DNA of 64,000 nt from Magnetococcales bacterium (lineage in GTDB: Bacteria > Pseudomonadota > Magnetococcia > Magnetococcales > JADFWU01): contig JADFWU010000004.1 in assembly GCA_015234045.1 (NCBI GenBank), positions 43,045 to 107,044 on the forward strand. The letters are read 5' to 3'. The translations under genes and the position numbers were made by a program. Below are positions 37,872 through 49,012 of the stretch, in pieces. The stretch's first letter is position 1; each line of letters opens with the position of its first letter. The notes under the pieces were generated by a model that was not told where the DNA came from, did not search any database, and worked only from the letters and a program-made list of their open reading frames with translations.

Positions 37872-39137
37872 ATGGAAATCATCGCCTCATACGGTCCTAT
37901 TTTTATTATTCTGGCGATTTTATTCGGGTTCTACATGACCTGGGGAATTGGCGCAAATGATGTCGCCAATGCCGTTGGCCCTTGTGTGGGTTCCAATGTT
38001 CTGAGTGTGCGTAACGCCATCATACTGGCTGCAATTTTTGAATTTCTCGGCGCTACACTGGCAGGTAATTCCGTCACCGCCACAATTTCCAAAGGACTGT
38101 TAAACCCGAACACCAACTTTGAACCGGATATCCTGATTTTCGGCATGTTGGCCGCCCTGCTCAGTTCTGCGCTCTGGTTGATGTTTGCCTCGTCCAGAGG
38201 CTGGCCGGTATCCACCACACACTCTGTTGTCGGTGCCATCGTCGGCTTTGCCATCACTACCATGGGTATTGATGCAGTGGATTGGAGCTCCATGGTTGAA
38301 GTCATCACTTCCTGGGTGATCTCTCCTATCATCGGTGCAACACTGGCCTTCTTACTCATGATCAGCATTCGCGTGCTGATTCTGAATACTGACCAACCCT
38401 TCCTCATGGCCCGGCGTTGGGGACCTGCGTATGTCTTTCTTGTAGGCTTTATGGTGGTTTTAATCACGCTGTTTAAAGGCCTACGTCATCTGGATTTCCA
38501 GCTTACCATTATTGAAAGCCTGGTTGCTGCCCTTGTGTTAGGCACAATTGCTGCCCTGATCAGTTCTCGATTGATCAATAAATCGATTCCAAATATGCAG
38601 CCACAAGGAACGACAATGCAACTCTCCGGCGTGGAACAGGTTTTTGCGCCATTGATGATCCTCACCGCTGCGGCAATGGCGTTTGCCCATGGCTCAAATG
38701 ATGTGGCAAATGGTGTCGGCCCACTCACAACCATTGTCGCCATTATTGACGGCGGCGGTCAATTCAACCCTCAAGCGAAGATCCCATTATGGATTTTGGT
38801 CATGGGAGGAACAGGCATCGTTGTTGGCCTTTCAACTCTGGGCTATCGAGTCATGAAAACCGTTGGTAAGTCTATTACAGAACTCACACCCACCAGAGGC
38901 TTCTGTGCTACCATGGGCGCTGCCTCTACCATCGTGTTGGCCTCCAAGACTGGCTTACCTGTCTCTACCACTCATATTGCTGTTGGTGCTGTAGTGGGCG
39001 TTGGAATGGCACGAGGCATCAGTGCCATTGATATGCGCGTCCTTCAGGGTATCTTTATTTCATGGGTAGTAACCGTACCCGTCAGTGGACTATTGGCATC
39101 CATTCTTTTTTATCTCTTGTATGCGCTATTTACCTGA
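37872..39137 (+). CDS. pit: inorganic phosphate transporter, PiT family
   Basis: 421 aa. It has the duplicated PiT signature GANDVANAVGP (N-terminal) and GSNDVANGVGP (C-terminal half). Confidence 0.93.
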   Translation: MEIIASYGPIFIILAILFGFYMTWGIGANDVANAVGPCVGSNVLSVRNAIILAAIFEFLGATLAGNSVTATISKGLLNPNTNFEPDILIFGMLAALLSSALWLMFASSRGWPVSTTHSVVGAIVGFAITTMGIDAVDWSSMVEVITSWVISPIIGATLAFLLMISIRVLILNTDQPFLMARRWGPAYVFLVGFMVVLITLFKGLRHLDFQLTIIESLVAALVLGTIAALISSRLINKSIPNMQPQGTTMQLSGVEQVFAPLMILTAAAMAFAHGSNDVANGVGPLTTIVAIIDGGGQFNPQAKIPLWILVMGGTGIVVGLSTLGYRVMKTVGKSITELTPTRGFCATMGAASTIVLASKTGLPVSTTHIAVGAVVGVGMARGISAIDMRVLQGIFISWVVTVPVSGLLASILFYLLYALFT

Positions 39138-39382
39138 TTACCAATTTTCGAGAATTTTTTGTCTAATTGTCACAAAAAAAGCACAATCAATTTGGTATAA
39201 GTAATCCATCAGGGGTTCAGGGAGAGTTCTGTTCCTCCCTGGAACAGATTATCTTTACCAGGGCACATCAGACAGCACTTATGGACAACAGAACCCCTGT
39301 ACACGGATGTTTGAGTCCAGATCCAGACAACATTCTTTGAATTTGGGTTCGCTAAAAGGCAACACACTTGCCACTTCCACAT

Positions 39383-39421
39383 CAGCCCGTCAGATTATGG
39401 ATAATCTGACGGGCTGTTTTT
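39383..39421 (+). terminator. perfect 16-bp hairpin plus T-run, a likely terminator between the convergent pit and rpn genes
   Basis: CAGCCCGTCAGATTAT (39383-39398) pairs with ATAATCTGACGGGCTG (39401-39416), followed by TTTTTATTTTT. It abuts the rpn stop codon at 39420-39422. Confidence 0.6.
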
Positions 39422-40403
39422 ATTTTTCTCCAATAAAAATTTCTTCCAATGACTGAGCATCCAATATGCGATCACTCCACAACTCAAGAGTCGATTGATC
39501 TGCCTCTTTAACCTGAGACACTACCCACCCAGGTAACGTTCCAAATCGATGCTGAAGTTGGCGAAGCAGTATGGTCACTTCACCTTCCTGACGGCCTTCC
39601 TGACGGCCTTCCTGACGGCCTTCCTGACGGCCTTCCTGACGGCCTTTTGCAATCATTTCCCTGGCAAACTGAGAGGCATACTGCTCTGCTTCACCTGGGA
39701 AAGCTTCTTCTGTAAATACTCGAATACTGCTCATATCAAAATCCTCACAAGCCTGCACCAAATACAGTAAAGCACGTTGAGCAAGCTCTGTGTCACTATG
39801 AAGTGCTTGACCAATTGAGGCCACGACATCCGCCGAAATCCTCGATTGAAACACACATTTCAGGGCCAGAAATCCACCACGTAGCCGATCATCTCTGGAT
39901 AATGATGTATCATCTATGCGCCCCAAATCCACCATGGAATAAACGAAATCGAGAAGATAGGGACGCCATGACGACTCAGCATCAACCAGCGCTGAAAACA
40001 TTGGCGGAACAGACCATGCCTCTCTACCATGATAAACTAATAGAGGTATAATAGGAGAGAAACGTTCACCACTACCCAATTCCCGCTTCATCTGTTCCAT
40101 TATGCGTACCATATAGCGTAGCATTTGAAAGGCTACCCATTCATCTGGATAGCTTTTATGCTCTACCAGTACATACACATAAGCCGTTGAATCGGCAATC
40201 GTTTTTACCTGAAACAATCGATCTGTAAGGTGTTGACGAAACTCTCCATCGATAAATGTTCCATCCACCATCAAGGGTGGCTCTGGTGACAGTAGTTCCG
40301 CTACCTCTTTTGGCAATCGCTCATGCAAAAGAGTTCCCGCAGTCTCAGGATTGGATAACAATGTTTTGAGAAAACGGTCATGAGGATGAACGATATCAAC
40401 CAT
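39420..40403 (-). CDS. Rpn-family recombination-promoting nuclease / putative transposase (YhgA-like PD-(D/E)xK)
   Basis: 327 aa. The N-terminus HPHDRFLKTLLSNPETAGTLL and the YVYVLVEHKSYPD core are characteristic of the Rpn/YhgA family. The C-terminal region carries the (GRQE)5 repeat. Confidence 0.85.
   Translation of the reverse strand: MVDIVHPHDRFLKTLLSNPETAGTLLHERLPKEVAELLSPEPPLMVDGTFIDGEFRQHLTDRLFQVKTIADSTAYVYVLVEHKSYPDEWVAFQMLRYMVRIMEQMKRELGSGERFSPIIPLLVYHGREAWSVPPMFSALVDAESSWRPYLLDFVYSMVDLGRIDDTSLSRDDRLRGGFLALKCVFQSRISADVVASIGQALHSDTELAQRALLYLVQACEDFDMSSIRVFTEEAFPGEAEQYASQFAREMIAKGRQEGRQEGRQEGRQEGRQEGEVTILLRQLQHRFGTLPGWVVSQVKEADQSTLELWSDRILDAQSLEEIFIGEK
39583..39646. repeat. 12-bp tandem repeat, 5 perfect copies plus a partial one, in frame within the rpn gene
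   Basis: CCTTCCTGACGG repeats head to tail from 39583 to 39642, followed by CCTT. On the coding strand it encodes GRQEGRQEGRQEGRQEGRQEG. Confidence 0.95.
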
Positions 40404-40439
40404 TTTCGACTCGTTAAAAGAGTATACGCATATACTAAA

Positions 40440-41471
<1,032 letters not shown>

Positions 41472-41643
41472 TCACGGAGTACCGTACCCCATTGCGCCAA
41501 TTTGTGCTTGAGCCATTGGTATCTGCAAAAAAGACCATAATGCCTCAACAACCTCATCTATAGAACCTTTATTCAGCATAACCATCTCTTGCTCTATTGA
41601 TTGATGAAGATGTTATGGACATTTCATGCGTTTGAACTTCGTG

Positions 41644-42873
41644 TCAATCATAATCAATCAACATCACGCGAACCCGCTCACCATTGTTGAGATGCATAGG
41701 CGTTTCAGGCAACATAATAAACGCATTGGCCTGCGTCATTGAGGAAAGGATACCTGATCCTTGAGCACCGGTGGTTTCGACATAGGCACCATTGGGATCA
41801 AAGTGGACCAATCCTCGGACAAATTCCATCCGTTGATGTTTTTTATTCAAGACACCACGAAACGGGAGTTCTAAAAAGCGCTCAATATTCCAATTGGTAC
41901 CCATCAATTTTAACAGAGCGGGACGCACCATCAACAAAAAGACCGTCAGACCTGATACCGGATTGCCAGGCAGACCAAAGAAAAGTGCCGATCCGATACG
42001 GCCATACGCTTGAGGCTTTCCAGGCTTCATGGCGACTTTCCAGAACTCTACCTCCCCCAACTCTTTCAGGACCGCCTTAACAAGATCATAATCGCCGACC
42101 GACACACCACCCGTACTGATAATGACATCGGCGTTTTCCGAACCCTTTTCAAGCGCCTCACGTATGGCATCTCGATCATCTTGGACCAGACCAAGATCAA
42201 GAACATCTACACCAATTTTTTCCAAAGCAGCCCGCAAACCGGAACGATTACTATCATAAACCTGCCCCGGTTTGAGCGGTTGACCTGCTTCAACCACTTC
42301 GTTACCTGTAGAAAGAATAGCCACAGTCAATTTACGGGTAACAACAAGTTCCAACAAACCCAGCGATGTCAACACAGCCAAATCCGCAGGACTTAGACGC
42401 CGTCCAGCAGGAAATACTTCGCTACCCGCTTTAATATCTTCACCAGCACTTCGGATATTCTGGCGATATTTTTGACCAGGTGGAAAAGTAATCCGTGTAC
42501 CCTGGCGTTCAACAACTTCCTGAACCACAACACAATCACAACCAGGTGGAATAGGCGCACCCGTCATGATACGAACCGCTTCACACAATCCGATAGGCTG
42601 ATCAAGAATATCACCAGCAGGCAGATCAGCCACCACGATCATTCTATTGATGCGGTTTGGGATCATATCGGCAAAGCAAACAGCATAACCGTCCATGGCC
42701 GAATTATCATGATTCGGCACATTAAAAGCAGCCACCGCAGGCTCTGCCAACACCCGCCCTAAAGCATCTGAAACAGAAATTGTTTCAACAGCTTGAATCG
42801 GCTGGATGGATTCGAGGATAAATTCTCTTGCAGTATCGAAGGAGATCATTTTCTGTTTTGAGATGGTACTCAT
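41644..42873 (-). CDS. moeA: molybdopterin molybdotransferase
   Basis: ISFDTAREFIL, DNSAMDGYAV, ISTGGVSVGDYD and LPGNPVS are present. The start is placed at MSTISKQK; the track ORF starts 9 codons earlier at 42900. Confidence 0.92.
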   Translation of the reverse strand: MSTISKQKMISFDTAREFILESIQPIQAVETISVSDALGRVLAEPAVAAFNVPNHDNSAMDGYAVCFADMIPNRINRMIVVADLPAGDILDQPIGLCEAVRIMTGAPIPPGCDCVVVQEVVERQGTRITFPPGQKYRQNIRSAGEDIKAGSEVFPAGRRLSPADLAVLTSLGLLELVVTRKLTVAILSTGNEVVEAGQPLKPGQVYDSNRSGLRAALEKIGVDVLDLGLVQDDRDAIREALEKGSENADVIISTGGVSVGDYDLVKAVLKELGEVEFWKVAMKPGKPQAYGRIGSALFFGLPGNPVSGLTVFLLMVRPALLKLMGTNWNIERFLELPFRGVLNKKHQRMEFVRGLVHFDPNGAYVETTGAQGSGILSSMTQANAFIMLPETPMHLNNGERVRVMLIDYD

Positions 42874-42917
42874 GATGAAAAACAAACAATCAATAACCAA
42901 ACACTATTAACAATGCA

Positions 42918-44975
42918 TCAGGATTCTATTTGACCCTGAACAAACGTGACAAACGCCTCTGCTGGTAAAGGACGACCATAAAAATAGCCCTGAATTTCAT
43001 TACACTCACGCTCTTTGAGAAAAGCCAACTGTTGCTCTGTTTCCACACCTTCAGCAATCACCGAAAGATTAAGGCTATGTGCCAAACCAACAAAGGTACG
43101 GATAATAGCGGCATCGTCTGGATCGGTTGTGCAGTTTCTTACAAAGGATTGATCAATCTTCAAGGTATGAATGGGAAACCGCTTCAAATAGCTGAGAGAG
43201 GAAAAACCCGTACCAAAATCATCAATGGCCAGCTTCATACCCATATCTGAAAGCGCTTGAAGCTTACTGAGTGTTTCTTCCACATCACCCATGGCGATGC
43301 TCTCGGTTAATTCCAATTCAAGATATTGATGATCAAGTCCTGTTTCATTGACAACTTGTGCCACGACATCAACAAAATCAGCCTGTTGAAACTGGATACC
43401 TGAAAGATTTACCGCGACCCGCAGCGGTGGCAAACCTTGATCAATCCATGCCTTGTTTTGACTACACGCCTCTTTAAGCGCCCATTGACCGATGGGTACG
43501 ATCAGTCCAGTCTCTTCAGCCAGCGGTATGAAGTCTCCAGGCGATACCATACCCTGGTCAGGATGATTCCAACGAATCAATGCTTCCATGCCAATCATCT
43601 TACCAGAGCCGAGATCCATCTGTGGCTGATAGTATAACTCAAATTCATCACGGTCCAGTGCGTTACGCAAACTGCTTTCCAAAAGCATCCGCGCTAAAGA
43701 GCTTGCGTTAAGCTCCATACGGTAGAACTGGAAGTTGTTGCGACCCAGTTCTTTTGCGTGATACATGGCCGCATCGGTATTCTTGATGAGCGTTTTTACA
43801 TCTTCGCCATCCAGCGGGTAAAGGCCTAGACCGATACTGCCACCGACAAAAAGCTCCATACCATCAATGATAAATGGCGCAGCAAGGACATCCAGCACCT
43901 TTTGAGCAATATGTGCCATATCCCGAGAACCTGGTGGATTGGGCACAACCATACCAAACTCATCACCACCCATTCTGCTCAACGTGGCATTAATCGGCAC
44001 ACACTCTCTGAGACGCTTACTCGCTTCAAGCAGAACAGTGTCACCCACATCGTGACCCATGGTGTCATTGATTACCTTAAAACGATCCAGATCCAGTAGC
44101 AGAGAACCAACGATCTCCTCTTTGCGTTCAGCATCGGCAACTGCCTGACTCAACCGTTCGGTAAAGAGCAGTCGGTTTGGCAGGTCAGTAAGTGTGTCAT
44201 GCCCTGCCAAATAGAGGATATTCTGTTCAGACTCTTTGACCGTAGTCAGATCGGAAAAAACGGCAACATAGTTGGATACCGTATTGTCCGGTGCTTTTAT
44301 GCTGTTTATCGTGGCCCACTCGGGATAAATTTCACCATTTTTGCGCCGGTTCCAGATCTCGCCTTTCCACTGACCGTTCTCTTTAATCCCTTTCCACAGA
44401 TTGTGATAGAATTTTTCATCATGGTGACCAGATTTAAGGATACGCATGTTCTGGCCAACAATCTCTTCAGGCTGATAGCCAGTTATGACCGAAAAAGCTG
44501 GATTTACCGACTGAATACAGGCCTTAGCATCAGTAATAACGATACCTTCAGTGGTGTTTTCAAAAACCTGGGAAGAGAGATGCAGCTGACGATCTGCCTC
44601 AATGGCGCGAAGCAGATATTGAACACGGTTTCTAAGGATTGCCCAGTGAATGGGCTTGGTAATAAAGTCTGCGGCACCTGCTTCATAGGCACGGTCAACC
44701 GACTCATCATCGTTGAGACCTGTAATCATCAACACAGGCACATGACGGGCATCAGGACGCTTCTTAAGTTCCGAACAGGCTTCAAAGCCATCCAGAACCG
44801 GCATTTTAGCATCCATAAGGATGATATCTGGCTGTTGCGCTTCAAAACGGTTCAATGCTTGTTGACCATTTTCCGCAGTCTCGGTCTCATACCCTTGCCT
44901 TTCAAGAAAACGACAGAGCATAAGCCGCGTAACCGGTTCATCATCCACTACCAGAAAGAGGGGTTTTCTCGACAT
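42918..44975 (-). CDS. response regulator with REC-PAS-GGDEF-EAL architecture (c-di-GMP turnover)
   Basis: 685 aa. REC (LVVDDEPV, IILMDAKMPVLDG), PAS, GGDEF (active-site variant RMGGDEFGMV) and EAL (MEALIRW, DDFGTGFSSL, KIDQSF). Confidence 0.92.
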   Translation of the reverse strand: MSRKPLFLVVDDEPVTRLMLCRFLERQGYETETAENGQQALNRFEAQQPDIILMDAKMPVLDGFEACSELKKRPDARHVPVLMITGLNDDESVDRAYEAGAADFITKPIHWAILRNRVQYLLRAIEADRQLHLSSQVFENTTEGIVITDAKACIQSVNPAFSVITGYQPEEIVGQNMRILKSGHHDEKFYHNLWKGIKENGQWKGEIWNRRKNGEIYPEWATINSIKAPDNTVSNYVAVFSDLTTVKESEQNILYLAGHDTLTDLPNRLLFTERLSQAVADAERKEEIVGSLLLDLDRFKVINDTMGHDVGDTVLLEASKRLRECVPINATLSRMGGDEFGMVVPNPPGSRDMAHIAQKVLDVLAAPFIIDGMELFVGGSIGLGLYPLDGEDVKTLIKNTDAAMYHAKELGRNNFQFYRMELNASSLARMLLESSLRNALDRDEFELYYQPQMDLGSGKMIGMEALIRWNHPDQGMVSPGDFIPLAEETGLIVPIGQWALKEACSQNKAWIDQGLPPLRVAVNLSGIQFQQADFVDVVAQVVNETGLDHQYLELELTESIAMGDVEETLSKLQALSDMGMKLAIDDFGTGFSSLSYLKRFPIHTLKIDQSFVRNCTTDPDDAAIIRTFVGLAHSLNLSVIAEGVETEQQLAFLKERECNEIQGYFYGRPLPAEAFVTFVQGQIES

Positions 44976-45167
44976 ACGTTACCTGTATCATTCGTTCTTG
45001 TGTAACGATGGAAAGTGTTCTTTGAGTGCCCTCTTAGCCGCCTATGAAAGCAGTCACTCAAAAGAATCGGTATTAACTTCCAGATGTGATATCTATTTTT
45101 ATCTCATACAGCGGGCATCAGACACTCTTTATATCTCTCAAGGGAACATAGCCTGACAGACATGTTC

Positions 45168-45653
45168 TCACAATTCAAAGAGTTCTGCTTTATCAGTAGA
45201 AGAGTTATAAATCATCACTGTGGCAGTTTTTCCAAAACCATGCGCTGTACCTGGATTGAGAACACGAGTCTGTCCAACCGTATCATCCACAGGATCGTGA
45301 GTATGGCCGGTAATGACGTAACCATAACGGCCTGATTCGATCAAAGTTGCTGTGACAGCTGTTGCGGTTCCGTGATAAACGGCACCTTTTTTTCCGTCAA
45401 TATCCAGCTCGAGGAAATCACCGGTAAACTGAGCGCCAAACTTTTCGAACGTTTTGTAAAGACCTAGTTTTTCACCATCATTATTGCCAAGCACACCCGC
45501 AAGCGGTAGTCCTTCAAGCTTTCTCAGTGCCGGAGGACTACAGATATCACCAGCATGGACAACCAAATCACACGCATGTTCCTTAAACAGTGCGGCAGCC
45601 TTGGCGATATGGCCAATATGATCGTGAGAGTCAGAAATGATTCCGATGAGCAT
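45168..45653 (-). CDS. YfcE/MJ0936-family metallophosphoesterase
   Basis: MLIGIISDSHDH, HAGDI, GNND and GHTH are the calcineurin-like phosphoesterase motifs. The start is set at MLIGII. Confidence 0.85.
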   Translation of the reverse strand: MLIGIISDSHDHIGHIAKAAALFKEHACDLVVHAGDICSPPALRKLEGLPLAGVLGNNDGEKLGLYKTFEKFGAQFTGDFLELDIDGKKGAVYHGTATAVTATLIESGRYGYVITGHTHDPVDDTVGQTRVLNPGTAHGFGKTATVMIYNSSTDKAELFEL

Positions 45654-45812
45654 AGTCAATCCGTACAAATTTCTCAGATATAAAGCGATATTGAATTTCA
45701 GCGTATTGGTCGTTACGGCTGTTTATCTTATGGCAAACACAATTCAACAGCCGAACGAACAGACGAAGCACACACCACCAAGATAGCAGAAAACAGCGTC
45801 TATGGATGTGTT

Positions 45813-46274
45813 CTAGTTTTCTGTGAGGATATTATCATCGTATTCAGCTTCCAACTGACTACGATGTTTGCCTTCCTGTTCGGCCAAAAAGCTAAGTGTG
45901 GCCTTCAGGTCAGGATCGGTTGCCTGGCCGGCCAAATCTTCATACAGCTTCTGAGCAGCCAACTCCTGCTTGGCCGCCGCCAGCAGTGCGTCCTGATAGG
46001 AGATTTTTTTAACATCCAGCGTATCAATTTCAATAAAGGCGTAATCAGCCATCTTCATATCTGGATCTGGATAGCGTTTTTTTCCAGAAGGCAGACGGTG
46101 ATTTTCCAAAATCTCCAGCAGCTTGGTTTTATGCATCACCTCTTCTTCAGCATGATGCAGCATTGCCGCTTTTACATCATCATTTTCGACCTGTTCAGAC
46201 AACGACACATAAAAAGCAGCTTCAGCTTCTTCATGTTTGATTGCGTAGAGAATAATCTCTTCAAAACTGTTCAT
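45813..46274 (-). CDS. ferritin-like / rubrerythrin-family protein
   Basis: 153 aa four-helix-bundle-like protein with paired E-x-x-H motifs (EEEVMHK and EQEGKHR) and AIKHEEAEAAFY. Confidence 0.72.
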   Translation of the reverse strand: MNSFEEIILYAIKHEEAEAAFYVSLSEQVENDDVKAAMLHHAEEEVMHKTKLLEILENHRLPSGKKRYPDPDMKMADYAFIEIDTLDVKKISYQDALLAAAKQELAAQKLYEDLAGQATDPDLKATLSFLAEQEGKHRSQLEAEYDDNILTEN

Positions 46275-46355
46275 GACAAATCAGCTCCTGACAAATTCAA
46301 GTGAAAGATGTGCAGAAAAGGCAATATACCAATGCAACCCAGCAAATGCGCTGTG

Positions 46356-46718
46356 TTACTTCTGGGTATCCATTTTTTCCTTGATGGAGTCAACGGTATC
46401 TGTGCCCAAATGCTCCATCAGCGTCTTAATAAAAAACGAGAACTGCCGAAACTCACGCAACACAGAGAGCGTCTCTTCACGGCGTTGTTCGGCAAACTCT
46501 TGGATAGAATCATCAAGAACTTGGCGCACGACCTGAGACAGCTCACCGATATCTTCACCCGAGGAAGCGTTGGACTTACTCGATTCATTTAAACTGGACT
46601 TTAAGCGGGCAATGATCTCCGCATTCATGGAGCGGTCGTTTTTCTGCGCTGCCTCTTCGATCTTCTTTTTAAGCTCTTGTGGCAAACGTAGTTTAAACTG
46701 TGGGTCGCTTCTTGCCAT
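46356..46718 (-). CDS. Arc/MetJ-type ribbon-helix-helix DNA-binding protein
   Basis: MARSDPQFKLRLPQELKKKIEEAAQKNDRSMNAEIIARL is a typical Arc-like RHH N-terminus. The start is set at MARSD. Confidence 0.75.
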   Translation of the reverse strand: MARSDPQFKLRLPQELKKKIEEAAQKNDRSMNAEIIARLKSSLNESSKSNASSGEDIGELSQVVRQVLDDSIQEFAEQRREETLSVLREFRQFSFFIKTLMEHLGTDTVDSIKEKMDTQK

Positions 46719-46952
46719 GGATTCCCCCAAGATGGCCAATCTTACAAAGGGTGCAGAGTGATCACACCCACACTACACGGTTCCCTTCTATTTTGCCCAC
46801 CTTATTACTTGAATGAGCGCGAAAAATCAAACCACTGCGTGGATTATTTTACCAGCAACGCACCAATTATGCCATTTACAGGCTTATGACAGCACATAAA
46901 AAGCACGCTGAATCATCCCGTAAATTTCACAAAATTGTCTAACAAATCAGCA

Positions 46953-47084
46953 TCAAGAGCCAACCCAAAGCGCCAAACCAAACATCAGTACAACCAATGT
47001 AGCAAAAAATCCAGAGAAAAAACTGGTCCAGGCACTCATAGGATCAATCGGTGACATGCCTGCCAATGGTGGAAACAACTTCAT
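46953..47084 (-). CDS. possible small membrane protein (43 aa), below the ORF-track cutoff
   Basis: I translated it by hand: MKLFPPLAGMSPIDPMSAWTSFFSGFFATLVVLMFGLALWVGS. It has one clear transmembrane helix, and GGAG lies about 8 nt upstream of the ATG. Confidence 0.4.
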   Translation of the reverse strand: MKLFPPLAGMSPIDPMSAWTSFFSGFFATLVVLMFGLALWVGS

Positions 47085-47133
47085 ATTTTCTCCATCTGTA
47101 TCATTTATGGAGTTACGCAATTGAATGAATTTT

Positions 47134-47213
47134 GACAGCTGTCATCCCCGCAAAAGCGGGAATCCAGTTGGCTCTCTGTCACCCGTCATTCCCGCTTTAG
47201 CCGGAATGACGGG
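47134..47213. repeat. REP/MITE-like palindromic intergenic element
   Basis: Three structures occur in series: a 12-bp palindrome TGACAGCTGTCA (47134-47145); a short hairpin CCCGC-AAAA-GCGGG; and a perfect 11-bp stem, CCCGTCATTCC (47182-47192) pairing with GGAATGACGGG (47203-47213). The GTCATTCCCGC...GCGGGAATCC type of motif resembles dispersed repeats known in other proteobacteria. Confidence 0.5.
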
Positions 47214-47639
47214 CACGCCTTCTGATGCGTGTTTCAACTGGTAACTGCGTAACGCCTATCATTATTTGGTAAGGGCCACGGACAAATAGGGTCAGTGCCC
47301 TATCCATCTTGTCCTACCCAGCTGGCTTGTCCAGCACACCAACCCAGCAAGACGAATAGAAAAGCAATATTAGCGCCAACTAATACTCACTTTTTTCACA
47401 CTACGAAATACCTGCTGAGGAAAATAGTGCCTCATTGGCATAGGCACTATTTACCGATAATCCATTATCTGAAAAAACACCCATCCAGACACAGATTAAA
47501 AACAGTTTATAAAAATCAATCAGATAACATAAAAAGTAAATTTGGCCCCGTCTTTGCTTTTTACATATATCAAATACAAAAAACGCCGCACCAAAGACGG
47601 CAATTATAAAATAAATCCAGAGGACAGAGGAGTTCCACC

Positions 47640-47981
47640 ATGGGACAGCTAATCAGCCACTATAGTATTCACAATGCCATGAGTGTCATGGAGGCGGGAC
47701 CAGAGCATCCAGATTATGACACCGCATGGGAAGTATTGGCGCGTAGCCAAAATCCTCTGATACAGGAGGCATTTCGGCTGGCTATTGAAGAGGTGTTTGG
47801 TCCTCTGCCTACACCCACAGGTTACAATGACGATGGCCAACCCTTTTGGCTAACAACCGTTATTGCCAGCCACCTCGGCATGAGTGTGGACGAAGTGGAT
47901 GAGGTAGCTGAAGAAGCCGTTGACCGTTGGGGTGACCAGGCTGGTGTGATGGACAGTGCTGAATTAAACCGGATTCAATAA
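47640..47981 (+). CDS. hypothetical small acidic protein
   Basis: 113 aa ORF with GAGGAG-like RBS (AGAGGAGTTCCACCATG). I recognise no family. Confidence 0.5.
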   Translation: MGQLISHYSIHNAMSVMEAGPEHPDYDTAWEVLARSQNPLIQEAFRLAIEEVFGPLPTPTGYNDDGQPFWLTTVIASHLGMSVDEVDEVAEEAVDRWGDQAGVMDSAELNRIQ

Positions 47982-48411
47982 TCCACCGCCTTACATGTTT
48001 TGTGGGATCAGTTCTCGTTTTCCATAGCTGTTTTATGCAAATAAGACTGATCCCATACAACTCACATTATCACGCTATTAATTCACCTTTCTCAAATCCC
48101 GCTTGTCACATATTTATTACATTCTATACAACTGATTGAATCCATAAAATTTAATCGCAGATTGTATAGCCTTGCAAATTGTAATCATATTTTTTTTGGT
48201 TGAATAAGATATTAGAATATTATAATAATCCCATCCTCTAATTAAGCGTCAGTTAAGACAAGTACGGATCTACCAACCGGGTAGATCATAAAGTCACCGA
48301 TTTAGGGTGGCTGGAATCAATCTGTTCAGCTCTAACCTACTGTGAAACGGCATATCTGTGCTTGAGGAATAAAATGCGTTGAGCTGAAACCAATCACTTG
48401 AGGTTAAATCT

Positions 48412-48630
48412 ATGTCTACTACCATCAATCCTGTCAAACGTACTGATTCATCCAATGAAATGACCGATAGCGCCAATACTGACAATCAGAATGGCTTGGA
48501 TATTGTCATGGGTGAGAATTGCTATGATGTGTATGACAAAGTTGACAATAAAGCTGTCATCGAAGGTATCACCACTTGGGAAACCGCTTGTGAAGTCCAC
48601 GAAATGCTGGCTGGTGAGCGGGATAGCTAA
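48412..48630 (+). CDS. hypothetical small acidic protein
   Basis: 72 aa ORF with GAGG upstream of the ATG, lying in an AT-rich gene-poor stretch. I recognise no family. Confidence 0.4.
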   Translation: MSTTINPVKRTDSSNEMTDSANTDNQNGLDIVMGENCYDVYDKVDNKAVIEGITTWETACEVHEMLAGERDS

Positions 48631-49012
48631 ATAGACTCAAATGGTTGGTCACTATCTACCCATTGGGTACACAGTAGACTGACCAAAAAAACAACACCAA
48701 ATACAAAATTATGTGACCTGCCGCTAAAGGCATTTATTCACACACCGTAGCCATACCGGAAACCCTCAACTCCACGTATGGCTTACATAGTTGTGTGCGA
48801 TAGAGAGCACCCTTATGCAGCGACAGTACACCTATAGCGCAACGTGATGCTTTATCCTTTGCACTTCAAGTGATAAAATCTGGATAACTTGAGGTGATGA
48901 CCGCATCGCGCTATTGTAGCGTTTTCAGGCTTTTTATTGGCATTTTATATGTCATTTCTGGCCGATGCAGCCCTGTTGTCAATCAAGCTGACTAAACCAG
49001 GATGCAAATGAA

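Noticed and set aside
39583-39646. A possible CRISPR-like array, because of perfectly repeated units.
   Set aside because: The units are 12 bp, contiguous with no spacers, and lie in frame inside an Rpn-family CDS. This is a coding tandem repeat, not a CRISPR. No CRISPR array or cas gene is visible anywhere in the window.
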